A stretch of DNA of 64,000 bases. Origin: a virus. Its lineage: Duplodnaviria; Caudoviricetes. The notes beneath the pieces were generated by a model, which was not told where the DNA came from, ran no database searches, and saw nothing but the letters and a program-made list of their open reading frames with translations. Positions 36,184 through 45,373 of this stretch are shown here, one piece after another. Both the position numbers and the translations under genes were made by a program. The stretch's first letter is position 1; the number at the start of each line of letters is the position of its first letter. The stretch lies in the IMG/VR virus record IMGVR_UViG_644736339_000001; one strand, 5' to 3'.

Positions 36184-36854
36184 CCGACACGCCGACGGAG
36201 CCCTACGCCCTCAGCGACAAGGGTCTCGAAGAAATCCGCCGCCGCGTGACCGGCACCTGCTCCTGCTGCGGCGAGAACGTCCACGACTTTGATACCGCCG
36301 ATGTACTGGAGTTGCTGGACGACGTGGACCGGCTCCGCAGCGATGCTTACGCCGAGGCCGTCGAGAAGTACGCAACCGACATGGCCGAGCGTGCCCGCAT
36401 CCGGTCGATGGAGATCCGCGGCGGCACGTTCAACCTGTCCCTTGAGGACGCGCAGGAGATGTGCGCTGCCTACGTTGCGACCGCCCGCACGATGCTCGGC
36501 GACGCAGAGAACTACTCCGAGACGCGCGTCGACTTCCCGAAGGAGAAGTGCGAGCTGGAGGTGAAGCTCGCTGGCGAACTCGACCAGTACGTGCTTACCG
36601 CTCAGCGGGCCGGGAAGCTGACGCCGCACGAGGCGCGGGTGAAGGCCGAGGAGGAGGCGGAGCAACTGCGCGAACAGGGCAAGTACCTGCTAACCGGCGT
36701 GGAAGTTGTTCTGCTGGACCACGCCAGTGAACTGTCCGACCCTGCTGCGGACCCGAACCTGACCGAGCTGGCCGTCCGCTACCTGACGGAGGCCGGAGAC
36801 GGGGCGGACGCTGGGATCCGAAGCGCGGTCGAAAGGGAGGTTGGCAATGGTTGA
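36180..36854 (+). CDS. hypothetical phage protein
   Basis: Coupled ORF; AENYSE and GKLTPHEAR motifs. Confidence 0.6.
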   Translation: MTDTPTEPYALSDKGLEEIRRRVTGTCSCCGENVHDFDTADVLELLDDVDRLRSDAYAEAVEKYATDMAERARIRSMEIRGGTFNLSLEDAQEMCAAYVATARTMLGDAENYSETRVDFPKEKCELEVKLAGELDQYVLTAQRAGKLTPHEARVKAEEEAEQLREQGKYLLTGVEVVLLDHASELSDPAADPNLTELAVRYLTEAGDGADAGIRSAVEREVGNG

Positions 36855-37446
36855 CCTGCTGCTGGATGAGCGAACGATCCTCATTTACCTGGCTGCGGCA
36901 GCCGACTCCGGCAACGCAGAGCACGTATCGCTGAAGGGCATCCTCGGTCCGGACAAGGCCGATCTGCCGCGCGAGCAGTTCGATTCGAGCGACTGGGAGC
37001 GGATGGCCGATCTGTACTTCGCCGTTCGCAACCTGCTTATGCTTGGCCTGGTTGGCGGTATCGCGGCTGACGGCGGCGAGCATCTCAACCGGTTCCGGAT
37101 TACCGATGCCGGTCGGGACGAACTGGCTGCAAACGCCAAGGAAAGCAAGCGGCGAACGACTGATCCGGCGTTCGGCGGCTTTCGCGTGGGCGAGAACCCG
37201 TGGATCACTCACTGGCGCTGGGTTGCCGTGGGGAAGGGCGTCGTACTCGACGACTTGCAGAAGATGCACCAGAACGAAACAAGGGGCGGCGTCCCGACCG
37301 GGAAGTGCCTATGCGGTCTTCCGGTGCCGTGCTCGACGGCCGAGCGGATTGGGGTGTACGCGGCGGGACTACGGGACCCGTGCGACTGCCGGCGCGGCGG
37401 GGGCGGTGCGTGTCCGATGATCGACAGGAGTGAGGCGGATGACTGA
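36847..37446 (+). CDS. hypothetical protein (wHTH-like N-terminus)
   Basis: Coupled ORF. Confidence 0.5.
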   Translation: MVDLLLDERTILIYLAAAADSGNAEHVSLKGILGPDKADLPREQFDSSDWERMADLYFAVRNLLMLGLVGGIAADGGEHLNRFRITDAGRDELAANAKESKRRTTDPAFGGFRVGENPWITHWRWVAVGKGVVLDDLQKMHQNETRGGVPTGKCLCGLPVPCSTAERIGVYAAGLRDPCDCRRGGGGACPMIDRSEADD

Positions 37447-37945
37447 GATCACCTATGTGGTTGGCGACGCCACGGACCCGGTTGGCGACCGCCCGCAAAT
37501 CATCGCGCACATCGTGAATGACGTCGGCGCGTGGGGCGCCGGCTTCGTACTGGCACTGTCGCGACGCTGGCCGGAACCCGAGGCGCAGTACCGGCGCGTG
37601 TTCCGGGAGTCGATGGAGAAGTGGGGCCGGTTTCCCGGCTTGGATGCTGTGTTCATGGTGAAGGTCGGGGAAGGGCTGCACGTCGCCAACATGGTCGCGC
37701 AGCATGGCACCCGGGGCCGGGACAATCCGCACCCGCTGGACTACGGGGCACTGCGCAAGTGCCTGCGGATCGTCGGCACGGGCGCGTTGATGATGGGCGC
37801 GAGCGTGCACATGCCGAGGATTGGGTGTGGGCTGGCCGGCGGCAGATGGGGGCTGGTGGAGCCGCTGATCGTGGAGCAACTGTGCAGTCGCGGAGTGCCG
37901 GTGGCGGTGTACGACCTTCAGTCACCTGACGATGTGTCACCCTAA
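37439..37945 (+). CDS. macrodomain protein (Poa1/TARG1/DarG-like)
   Basis: ITYVVGDATDP...IAHIVNDVGAWGAGFV...ANMVAQ...MPRIGCGLAGGRW. Confidence 0.92.
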   Translation: MTEITYVVGDATDPVGDRPQIIAHIVNDVGAWGAGFVLALSRRWPEPEAQYRRVFRESMEKWGRFPGLDAVFMVKVGEGLHVANMVAQHGTRGRDNPHPLDYGALRKCLRIVGTGALMMGASVHMPRIGCGLAGGRWGLVEPLIVEQLCSRGVPVAVYDLQSPDDVSP

Positions 37946-37958
37946 TCTCGGAGGAATC

Positions 37959-38357
37959 ATGACCAGCGAGCCCCGCACCTTCCCGATCGCCGACGTCCTG
38001 AGCGTCACCACAGGCGTGCTGCTGTCGCACGACCACATTGAGGGCGTGTACCGGATCCTGAATTTCCTTACTGGCGACAGCCTGCTAACGCACCAGCTAC
38101 CTGGCGCCGCGGAGGCGTGCAGGCCGCAGGTCATTGCGCAGCACCCGTGGCTTGCGGACATCCAGCCACCTGCCGGGCTTAATATGGCCGATCTGTTTTC
38201 GTGGCTGACAGCAGTCGAGTCCGAGCATCCGGAAGTTGCGCTCGTTCCGGTTGCCACCTGGGAGCGCCGCGATCCGATCAAAGAGGCCTGTGACCTCGTC
38301 GGCGCGAACAAGGTGATCGTATTGCCGGTCCTGCTGTCGGAGGGGCGGGAAGCGTGA
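37959..38357 (+). CDS. conserved phage hypothetical protein
   Basis: DVLSVTTGVLLS...LNFLTGDSLLTHQLP. Confidence 0.65.
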   Translation: MTSEPRTFPIADVLSVTTGVLLSHDHIEGVYRILNFLTGDSLLTHQLPGAAEACRPQVIAQHPWLADIQPPAGLNMADLFSWLTAVESEHPEVALVPVATWERRDPIKEACDLVGANKVIVLPVLLSEGREA

Positions 38358-38704
38358 ATTACTCGGCGACCGCACGCCTGACCTGCCTCCTGAAAGAGTC
38401 CGCGAACAACCCGTCTATCCTGCCGCCCGGGGTTGGCCCCGACGTGCACACGGTCCTGGTCGAGAACGGCGAACTGCGCGACGCCCTGGCGGTCGCGGTA
38501 GAACTGCTCGACCGCCTCGCCGACAACGACGGCTGTGAGTACGACCACAATGACGACTGCCAGATGCACAACCTGCACCAGCGTCCGTGCCCACATCCGC
38601 TTGCACGGCAAATCGTTGCGGCATGGCGCAAGGTCGAGCTGGAACGCATCGAACGGGTATCCGCGCTTGACGATGACTTAGACGAGGTGGCGAACCCGTG
38701 CTAA
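38354..38704 (+). CDS. hypothetical protein
   Basis: CEYDHNDDCQMH...CPH. Confidence 0.55.
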   Translation: MNYSATARLTCLLKESANNPSILPPGVGPDVHTVLVENGELRDALAVAVELLDRLADNDGCEYDHNDDCQMHNLHQRPCPHPLARQIVAAWRKVELERIERVSALDDDLDEVANPC

Positions 38705-39072
38705 TCAACCTGACGCCGCATCCGATCCGGATCTACCCCTACGGCACGCCCGACCGGATTAGCCTCGGCGACATCGAACCCGAGATGGTCCTAGAGCCAG
38801 CAGAGCAGCCCGCGCGCATCGGCGAGAACTACCTGTTTACGCAGACGCTGCCGCACTGCCCCGTGCGAGTCGCGCACGTTGAGTTCCGGCACACCACCGG
38901 CCTGCCGCCGTGGGATGGCGACCCGCAGGACATCCGCACCTGGTACGTGGTGTCGCTGCCGTTGGCGCTGTCGCAGGCCGGCAAGCGCCCGGACCTGCTG
39001 GCGCCGCACCTGGAGGTCCGGGACCTGGACGGCACGGCCATCGGGTGCCGGGAGTTGGTGCTGCCGGTATGA
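38698..39072 (+). CDS. conserved phage hypothetical protein
   Basis: INLTPHPI...YVVS...RPDLLAP...VRD..G..IGC. Confidence 0.7.
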   Translation: MLINLTPHPIRIYPYGTPDRISLGDIEPEMVLEPAEQPARIGENYLFTQTLPHCPVRVAHVEFRHTTGLPPWDGDPQDIRTWYVVSLPLALSQAGKRPDLLAPHLEVRDLDGTAIGCRELVLPV

Positions 39073-39383
39073 CTACGACCCTAACCCCGTATCAGGTCCT
39101 GGCGCTGCCGATGCCGGAGAACGATGCCGACGCGACCACGATCGGCGACTACCTGATCAAGCTGCTGGCAACGCTGTGGGACGAGAAGGAAGGCTTCGAC
39201 GGCAAGAAGCCGTTCGGGAACTCCGACTGGGACGGCGACCTAGTAGTGGCGCTGATCCAGGCCGGCGCGATCGAGGGCGAACTCGACGAGGACAGGTGTA
39301 TCGAGTTCTGCGACGACGATGCGGCTGAGGAGCTGATCGCAGCGGCGATTCAGGCGCTCGGGACCGGGCGGGATCCGCTGTGA
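39069..39383 (+). CDS. hypothetical phage protein
   Basis: TIGDYL..LL..LW.E.EGF.GKKPFGNSDW. Confidence 0.65.
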   Translation: MTTTLTPYQVLALPMPENDADATTIGDYLIKLLATLWDEKEGFDGKKPFGNSDWDGDLVVALIQAGAIEGELDEDRCIEFCDDDAAEELIAAAIQALGTGRDPL

Positions 39384-39571
39384 CCAGCGACAACCGCGCC
39401 CAGGCCGAGCAACTGATCAGGCCCATCGTCGGCAAGCCCAAATACCGCGGCGAGGTCTACCAGCCGGAAGACAAGAGCATCGCAAGGGCGCAGGTTCACG
39501 CGATCCTTGCGCTCGCCGCAGCGGTGGACCGTGTCGCAGATGCGTTGCTGAAGGCGGCGGGGCAGCAATGA
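39380..39571 (+). CDS. hypothetical protein
   Basis: AQVHAILALA motif. Confidence 0.55.
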   Translation: MTSDNRAQAEQLIRPIVGKPKYRGEVYQPEDKSIARAQVHAILALAAAVDRVADALLKAAGQQ

Positions 39572-39843
39572 CTGACGCAGACGCCCTGGTCGCCCGCTAC
39601 ATCCTCGACGTGTGGCGCGCCGAGCATCCGGAGCATGCAGGCTGCGCGACGCTGCGGGTCACCAATCCTGACGCCAGCGACGGTGCCTACGGCTGCGACA
39701 CCGGCTGCTCGTACTACCGCTTCACCGCCGAGGCCGGATGCGAGCACCAGGCCCCGGAGGAGTTCGAGTTCGGGGACTTCGGAGAGCTCGCCGACATCCT
39801 CGAAGACCTTCAGCGGGACTATGCCGACGGCACAACGCCGTGA
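39568..39843 (+). CDS. hypothetical protein
   Basis: YGCDTGC motif. Confidence 0.55.
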   Translation: MTDADALVARYILDVWRAEHPEHAGCATLRVTNPDASDGAYGCDTGCSYYRFTAEAGCEHQAPEEFEFGDFGELADILEDLQRDYADGTTP

Positions 39844-39861
39844 CAACGAGAGGGACCTGAC

Positions 39862-40110
39862 GTGAGCGCGATCCCGGGCGACATCTTGAACGCCGCGTCG
39901 ATGGCTGCGTTCCCGGGCCTGCCCGACGGAATGTCGCTGGACGAGGCGAACCGGCGGGTCGCGGCGGCGCTGGAGACAACGTGGCCGCTGATCGAGCAGT
40001 ACTGGCGCCTGCGGATCGCCGGCGAGATCACGGCGGCAGGTAGCCCAGTGCGGCTCGAAGCAGGGTGGAAGGTCGTTGTCGACCCGGCTGATAGTCAGGT
40101 AGGACACTGA
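39862..40110 (+). CDS. hypothetical protein
   Basis: ORF in operon. Confidence 0.5.
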   Translation: MSAIPGDILNAASMAAFPGLPDGMSLDEANRRVAAALETTWPLIEQYWRLRIAGEITAAGSPVRLEAGWKVVVDPADSQVGH

Positions 40111-40325
40111 TGGGCACAGTTGCGCTGTGCTGCTGGCGCTGCTGCTCCATGAACTCCGGCCCGGATGCCGTCGTTATCTGGCAGCTCACGCCCGACGACT
40201 ACGCACTCGGCTACTGCGGTGGCTGCCTGGACCTAATGCTCGATGAGGTCGACCGCCGCGAGCTGCTGGAACCGTCGCGACTGGACTTCCTTATCGAGCC
40301 CGGCAAGCTGATGGCGGTGGCGTAG
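40110..40325 (+). CDS. hypothetical protein
   Basis: Last ORF of the plus-strand operon. Confidence 0.5.
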   Translation: MGTVALCCWRCCSMNSGPDAVVIWQLTPDDYALGYCGGCLDLMLDEVDRRELLEPSRLDFLIEPGKLMAVA

Positions 40326-40337
40326 TTACCTGCGCTG

Positions 40338-40694
40338 CTATGGGAGCCACCGCTTGGATGTCTCCAGCAGCCGGTGCTGCAGCGACCCGACCGACTTCTG
40401 TTGGACGGCGACGCCAGCCTGAAGCCGCTTGAGATCGAACCGCGCCAACTCCAACCTGGCTTTGTTTGCCGCCAGCTCGGTAATGAGCCGTAGGTGTTCG
40501 CGACCGTACCCGCCGTACTCCAGCTCGATCAGGGCGGTGATCGCGACAGCAGCGCGTGGGTCACCGTTGGCGGCGGCGATCGCATCCTGCAAGAGATCAG
40601 TACGGCGCATGTCCTTGCGGTCGAAGAACCTGAAGGCCAGTGCCGCCGTGATGATAATCCCGAGTACGACGATCGCGGTGAGCCAAAGAGCCAT
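40338..40694 (-). CDS. hypothetical membrane-anchored protein
   Basis: N-terminal TM; follows PIMT. Confidence 0.5.
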   Translation of the reverse strand: MALWLTAIVVLGIIITAALAFRFFDRKDMRRTDLLQDAIAAANGDPRAAVAITALIELEYGGYGREHLRLITELAANKARLELARFDLKRLQAGVAVQQKSVGSLQHRLLETSKRWLP

Positions 40695-40715
40695 GTGGCC
40701 ACCGTACCTGCGTGT

Positions 40716-41864
40716 TCAATTGAGGACCGCGACGACGTTGTCCGGCGTCCGGCACCACAACGTGTGCGTCTCGTCGCGACCGACCGACAGCCCATACTCG
40801 TTGATCCCCGGCCGGTCCGCGGCTTCCCACCGCGCCCACGCGTCCTCGGCGAGGCTCCACACATCCTGCGGCCCGTGCTGCTCGACCGTGGCGTCCTTCC
40901 ACGGCGCTCCTTGCGGGACGTAGGCAACCGCCCAACTCCCGTCGGGTAGCGACAGCCACATGCAGTCGTCGCCGTCCTCCACAAGCGGCCCCGTGACATT
41001 CAGGCCGGGAACTGCGATCCGCGAAGGCCATGCCTCCTTCGCGGCTACGACCGCCGGTAGGTTCCAATCCGTTACTGAGCAGCGCTTCTCATCCTCGGCT
41101 TGCTTCGCCGGCGCGGGCGGCCGGCTGGTGCGCGAGGCCATAAAATCCACCGGGAACCGCACCCTGCCCTCGGCTGTGCCGTCCTCGCCGACCCGCAGCT
41201 GCACATACAGGTCCAGGTCCGGCTGGCCGATCTTCAGTGGCGCACACACCAGCCCGCCCGGCCTTGTCTGCGCGATCCACGCGGCTGGGATCCGGCGCAC
41301 CGAGTGTGTTGCGGACACGCGGTCAAACGGCGCCAGCGCGGGACGCCCGGATTCCCCGTCGCCGACGAAGGCGACCAGCGCCAAGCCGTCCCACACCCCC
41401 GAACTGTGCCAGTTCTCCACAGCGATACCGGCAAGCTCGGGATCGTACTCAACCGTCACCACTAGGCCTGCGGGCCCGACGCGGGCGGCCATCAGTGCCG
41501 CGGTCCAGCCGGTTCCGGTGCCGGACTCGAACACCCGCATCCCGTCGTCAAGATCGAGGGTGCCTAGCATGGCGGCGACCAGCATCGGCGCCGACAGCGA
41601 GCAGGTGGGCATGTTGTCGTCGCCGACCTGCGTGATGAACGGCTGGGTCACGGCGTGGACCGCCTCGTCCCAGTCCTGCTCGTTGTCTGCCCGATGCCGG
41701 GCGTCCCAGCCGTAGCCGTTCCATTCGAACCAGTCGTCGGGTGCGAAAGCAGACCGCGGGACGGCATCGAACACCTTGCGCCAAGCCGGGTCGGCAAGGG
41801 TGTCGTCTTCCCAGTAGGCCTCGGCGGCGATCCGTCCCGCGAAGTCGGTGTGCGTCTCGGGCAC
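40716..41864 (-). CDS. protein-L-isoaspartate O-methyltransferase homologue (RiPP-type, C-terminally extended)
   Basis: GTG 41864; VPRSAF, CSLSAP, VFESGTGTGWTAALM, VEYD, GDG..G...APFDRV, IPAAWIAQTRPGG. Confidence 0.9.
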   Translation of the reverse strand: MPETHTDFAGRIAAEAYWEDDTLADPAWRKVFDAVPRSAFAPDDWFEWNGYGWDARHRADNEQDWDEAVHAVTQPFITQVGDDNMPTCSLSAPMLVAAMLGTLDLDDGMRVFESGTGTGWTAALMAARVGPAGLVVTVEYDPELAGIAVENWHSSGVWDGLALVAFVGDGESGRPALAPFDRVSATHSVRRIPAAWIAQTRPGGLVCAPLKIGQPDLDLYVQLRVGEDGTAEGRVRFPVDFMASRTSRPPAPAKQAEDEKRCSVTDWNLPAVVAAKEAWPSRIAVPGLNVTGPLVEDGDDCMWLSLPDGSWAVAYVPQGAPWKDATVEQHGPQDVWSLAEDAWARWEAADRPGINEYGLSVGRDETHTLWCRTPDNVVAVLN

Positions 41865-41986
41865 TAGCGCGGCTTCTTGTGCGTGCCGTTGCCGGGCTGC
41901 GTGACTGTGGTGGGGACGCCGTCGCCGGATGGCGCGGGGGCTGCGGGCGGGTTGTCCTTCGGCGGCTTCGGTGCGTGCTCGCCCAT
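41864..41986 (-). CDS. 40-aa RiPP precursor candidate (imiditide/type I pamtide-like)
   Basis: GGAGG RBS; MGEHAPKPPKDNPPAAPAPSGDGVPTTVTQPGNGTHKKPR*; stop overlaps the PIMT start (TAGTG). Confidence 0.82.
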   Translation of the reverse strand: MGEHAPKPPKDNPPAAPAPSGDGVPTTVTQPGNGTHKKPR

Positions 41987-42036
41987 GGAATCCTCCAAGG
42001 CTGGGTGGCGTGTCCTTGGTGGACGTTAGTGCGGTA

Positions 42037-42258
42037 TCAAGGTTCGGGGAAGAGCGACACGCAGGAGTTGGCAGGAACGTGCGGCGCCGGACCGAGCTCG
42101 GGGAAGCGGCGCTGCATCTCGCTCCAGGCCATGTCGAGGCCTTGGTCAAGTCCGTCGCGAACGCCGCAGAGATAGGCGCTGGCAGGCTGGTAGTCGCCGG
42201 AGCGCAGAACGTGAAGCGCGGCGCGTAGGCGACCGCCAAGGCCGAGTTGAAGAGGCAT
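42037..42258 (-). CDS. hypothetical protein
   Basis: Small ORF upstream of the precursor. Confidence 0.4.
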   Translation of the reverse strand: MPLQLGLGGRLRAALHVLRSGDYQPASAYLCGVRDGLDQGLDMAWSEMQRRFPELGPAPHVPANSCVSLFPEP

Positions 42259-42396
42259 GCCGATGGTGTAGCGCAGCCGAGTCGCTTCTAAAAGTGCATG
42301 TCAGATCACACGGTTAGCTGACCTGGGATTAGCATCACCTGATCCTGGGCGGAGAATCCTCCGGGAGAGTGAACGTCGGCAAGTGTCAGCGCATGC

Positions 42397-42421
42397 AAAA
42401 CCCCGGCGGCGCGGCCGGGGC
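42397..42421 (-). terminator. intrinsic terminator
   Basis: GCCCCGG...CCGGGGT stem then TTT on the minus strand. Confidence 0.6.
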
Positions 42422-42435
42422 TTGAGGGAGCACAA

Positions 42436-42648
42436 TTAACGCCGGATCCCAATCTCCCACCTGCGAGTCCACGGCTGATACACCACGGTCCCGCCTGCGG
42501 TGAGGATCTCGTTGTGGCCGGTGATGATCTGGTTCAGGCCGGCCGCGTTGTTCAACTCGCTCAGCTCGTTTAGCACCTCAACCAGCATCTCCATCAGCGG
42601 CTGCGCCTTCGCCTGGAGCTTGGCGGACTGCTCCGGGGTCATCATCAT
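42436..42648 (-). CDS. hypothetical protein
   Basis: ATGA-coupled, GGAG RBS. Confidence 0.55.
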   Translation of the reverse strand: MMMTPEQSAKLQAKAQPLMEMLVEVLNELSELNNAAGLNQIITGHNEILTAGGTVVYQPWTRRWEIGIRR

Positions 42649-43046
42649 CGGGGATCTCCCTCGCTGAGAACTAGTTCGGCCGCTCGGATCGCGAGCTTCT
42701 GCGTGTAGTCGATGTGGCCGACGGCGGAGTTCTCGATCAGCATGACTGCTGCCATGTCCACGGGCGACTTGGAGAACTTCGCAAGCTCGGCGTTGACCAG
42801 ATCCAGAAGCTTCTCGCGCTCGAACACGACCCACTCCAGCTCGCCGGAGTCCGTAACACCACCTCGTAGATACCGCTCTTGCTGGACCTTGGAGATCTCG
42901 TCGGCGAACCGAGCGATAAGTGCCCGACGGTCCACGTTGTGGGTACACACCCGACTCCCCTTCCTTCTGCGAAGTAGGACTCCCGGTTCGAATACGACCG
43001 GGCCGCGCAGGTACAGGTCGTACACGGAGTTCTTCGGCGCCTTCAT
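42645..43046 (-). CDS. conserved hypothetical protein
   Basis: WVVFERE...ENSAVGHIDYTQKLAIRAAELV. Confidence 0.6.
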   Translation of the reverse strand: MKAPKNSVYDLYLRGPVVFEPGVLLRRRKGSRVCTHNVDRRALIARFADEISKVQQERYLRGGVTDSGELEWVVFEREKLLDLVNAELAKFSKSPVDMAAVMLIENSAVGHIDYTQKLAIRAAELVLSEGDPR

Positions 43047-43247
43047 TGTCAGAGCGCCACGGCAAGTAAGAAACGGCGCCTCAAACGGCATGCCGTTCGG
43101 CCACGCACCGGTGCGATACTAGGCGCCAAACAGCTTGAAGAGCAGGTTCACTACGCCTTCCTATCGTTTGTCGGGACACGAGTCGAGCAGTTGGGTCTGG
43201 TCGTACACGGCGCACCCCGGCCCCCAACCGGGACGCGCCGTGAGCGG

Positions 43248-43769
43248 TCAGGCCGTGTCGACCTCGTCCCACAGGTCGTTGTACGCGTCCTCCGCAGAGA
43301 CGCCCGCGCACCCGGCGGCGGTGCGCAACTTCGCGAGCATCGTGGCGATCATCCGGTCGGACATTTGGCCGGTAGCCTTCGCGACGTGGTACTCGCGGGC
43401 TAGCCGCGTTACGGTCTGCGCGTAGCTCGGATCGACGCGGGTGAGGAACTTGACGTTCTGCGGCCGGACATCGTCGCCGATCTGGATGTCGGCGACGAGG
43501 CTGCCGATTGCGTCCAGGTAGACCCGGACGACGGTGCCGGTAACGAGGTCCGGGCACTCGCTGATGGTCAACTTCACCTGGTCGCCGGCCTGGATGTTCT
43601 GCGGGTTCTCGACAGCCATCCTCGCCTCGAAGTCGAGAACCGTCTGGACCTGTTTGACGGTGAGGCCGGTGCGCGCCGCGATGTCGTCGGAGCACAGTCC
43701 GGGGTGCTTCTTCTCGCGCGTGCACTCGGGGTTGGCGCAGAGGGCCGCGGCTTCGGTGGTCTGAGGCAT
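43248..43769 (-). CDS. hypothetical protein
   Basis: AAGGA RBS; CTREKKHPGLC; SH3-like middle. Confidence 0.6.
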   Translation of the reverse strand: MPQTTEAAALCANPECTREKKHPGLCSDDIAARTGLTVKQVQTVLDFEARMAVENPQNIQAGDQVKLTISECPDLVTGTVVRVYLDAIGSLVADIQIGDDVRPQNVKFLTRVDPSYAQTVTRLAREYHVAKATGQMSDRMIATMLAKLRTAAGCAGVSAEDAYNDLWDEVDTA

Positions 43770-43807
43770 GTTGGCTTCCTTCAATCGGGTGGTGCGAGGT
43801 TGGTGGG

Positions 43808-44200
43808 TCAGGCGGCGATCAGGTTGCTGGTACGCGCGTAGCTGCGGGCAGCCTCGTTCAGGATCGGCATCTCGTTGGCGGTGTAGGCAAACGCGTCGAA
43901 CAGGCGCAGTCCGCGACGGGCGAGACCGGTGCGGCGCGACTTGCAGCCGAACTTGGCCTGATAAGCCTTCGAGGCCTTCGTGCCGAATGCGGAGCCGAAG
44001 CGGTCAATAAACGCCTGGTCGGCACCGATGCCGGCGAGATAGGACGCGGCGGTGATCAGGGCGCCGTTGGTGCGGGCGATCAGCGCGTCCAAGACCGCAT
44101 AGCGGCGGGCGACCGACATGTGCGTGCCGACGCGGGTCCGGGCGGCGTGGGTGCGCAGGACGCGGGCGGTGGTGGCGAGGCTGGCGTTCGTGGTGGTCAT
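43808..44200 (-). CDS. hypothetical basic protein
   Basis: ATG 44200 after GAGGGG. Confidence 0.65.
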   Translation of the reverse strand: MTTTNASLATTARVLRTHAARTRVGTHMSVARRYAVLDALIARTNGALITAASYLAGIGADQAFIDRFGSAFGTKASKAYQAKFGCKSRRTGLARRGLRLFDAFAYTANEMPILNEAARSYARTSNLIAA

Positions 44201-44232
44201 TGAGGACCCCCCTCGGATTGGACGGTTGGCGG

Positions 44233-44475
44233 TCAGTTGCAGTACGAGACGTCCTCGGTGTCGGCGCAGGTCTCGCAGATCTCGATCTCCGCGTTGTCGC
44301 GGTTGTCGATGCGGGTGAACAGTTCGGCGGTGGCGTGCCCGCACATCGGGCAGGTGTGGAACTCGTCGGCCTCGACCTCGGCGATAGCGGCGAACTTGGC
44401 CTGGATGACCAGCAGGGCCAGCGCGGAGGTGCGGTTCGCGGTCCGGATGTTGACCTGCTTGGCGATCGTGGTCAT
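44233..44475 (-). CDS. small Zn-ribbon protein
   Basis: CPMCG...CETC; first gene after the promoter. Confidence 0.65.
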   Translation of the reverse strand: MTTIAKQVNIRTANRTSALALLVIQAKFAAIAEVEADEFHTCPMCGHATAELFTRIDNRDNAEIEICETCADTEDVSYCN

Positions 44476-44524
44476 TTCGGGGTCCCCCTCGGATACCTTG
44501 CAACTGGTTTGCTTGCTAGGTAAG

Positions 44525-44553
44525 ACGCTACTCGGGGGCGGTAACCTTGTCAA
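44525..44553 (-). promoter_or_regulatory. sigma70/HrdB-type promoter
   Basis: TTGACA-17 nt-TAGCGT on the minus strand. Confidence 0.7.
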
Positions 44554-44619
44554 CACTCCAGTTGTAAGGAATCATTAGGGGTGAAGCCGCCGCGCCAACC
44601 GCCAGCGAAGGGCCACGAC

Positions 44620-44877
44620 ATGCCAGAAGACCGCCGAACCATGGCCGACCTAGCCGACCTGCTTAAGGTGAAGACCGCCACCATCCGCCACTACCGCGCC
44701 GTGTCCGCGCCTGGAGGTCGCTACGCCGACCATCCGTTTCCCGAACCATCCGGGCACCTCGCCAACGTCCCGTACTGGCTTGCCAATCGTGACGATGAGA
44801 TTCGGGCGTGGGCCGCAGGTAGGCCAGGCCAGGGCGTAGGCGGCGGTCGGCCGGCACAGTCCAAGGAGGAGAGCTAA
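44620..44877 (+). CDS. AlpA-like small HTH regulator
   Basis: TMADLADLLKVKTATIRHYR...FPEP...W...RPGQGVGGGRP. Confidence 0.75.
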   Translation: MPEDRRTMADLADLLKVKTATIRHYRAVSAPGGRYADHPFPEPSGHLANVPYWLANRDDEIRAWAAGRPGQGVGGGRPAQSKEES

Positions 44878-44880
44878 GTT

Positions 44881-45099
44881 ATGTCCGATTCGCAAATGAC
44901 TGTCGCCGACGACGCCAGCACGTTCCCGCCGCAGGGCCGACTCATCCACGTGGCCCATGGGTTCCAGTGGAACAGCATCGCGGAGTTGCTCCAGCGGGCC
45001 GGCGTGACGCTGTTCGAAATTCCGCCCGGCCCGTCCGTACCCGACCAGGCCGGCGAAGACATCCCGACGTTCGGGCTCATGCTGAGGAGTGGTGAGTAA
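44881..45099 (+). CDS. hypothetical protein
   Basis: ORF in operon. Confidence 0.45.
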   Translation: MSDSQMTVADDASTFPPQGRLIHVAHGFQWNSIAELLQRAGVTLFEIPPGPSVPDQAGEDIPTFGLMLRSGE

Positions 45100-45339
45100 G
45101 TGGCCAACGAGATCCCTCCGGCACTGCTCGACAAGAAGCGCGAGTTCTACACCACCCAGCGGAAGCTCGAGGGCATGCGCGACGCCGACCCGGAAGAGTG
45201 GCGCGCCGTACAACAGCGACTAACCCAACTGGCAGTGGACCTCGACAACAACAAGGCGTTCGAAGGGCTGTCGCAGCTCGAGCGGTATGAACTGGACAAG
45301 GCGGCATCGAAGCAAGCGCGAGCCGAAATCGACTCCTGA
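45100..45339 (+). CDS. hypothetical helical protein
   Basis: ORF with good codon usage. Confidence 0.55.
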   Translation: MANEIPPALLDKKREFYTTQRKLEGMRDADPEEWRAVQQRLTQLAVDLDNNKAFEGLSQLERYELDKAASKQARAEIDS

Positions 45340-45373
45340 ACGGCCCGCCGTCGCCGCCCGACATAATCCCGTC

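Noticed and set aside
41865-42239. N-terminal extension of PIMT as given in the ORF track (507 aa)
   Set aside because: Low-complexity frame overlapping the RBS-supported precursor peptide; GTG 41864 is the better start
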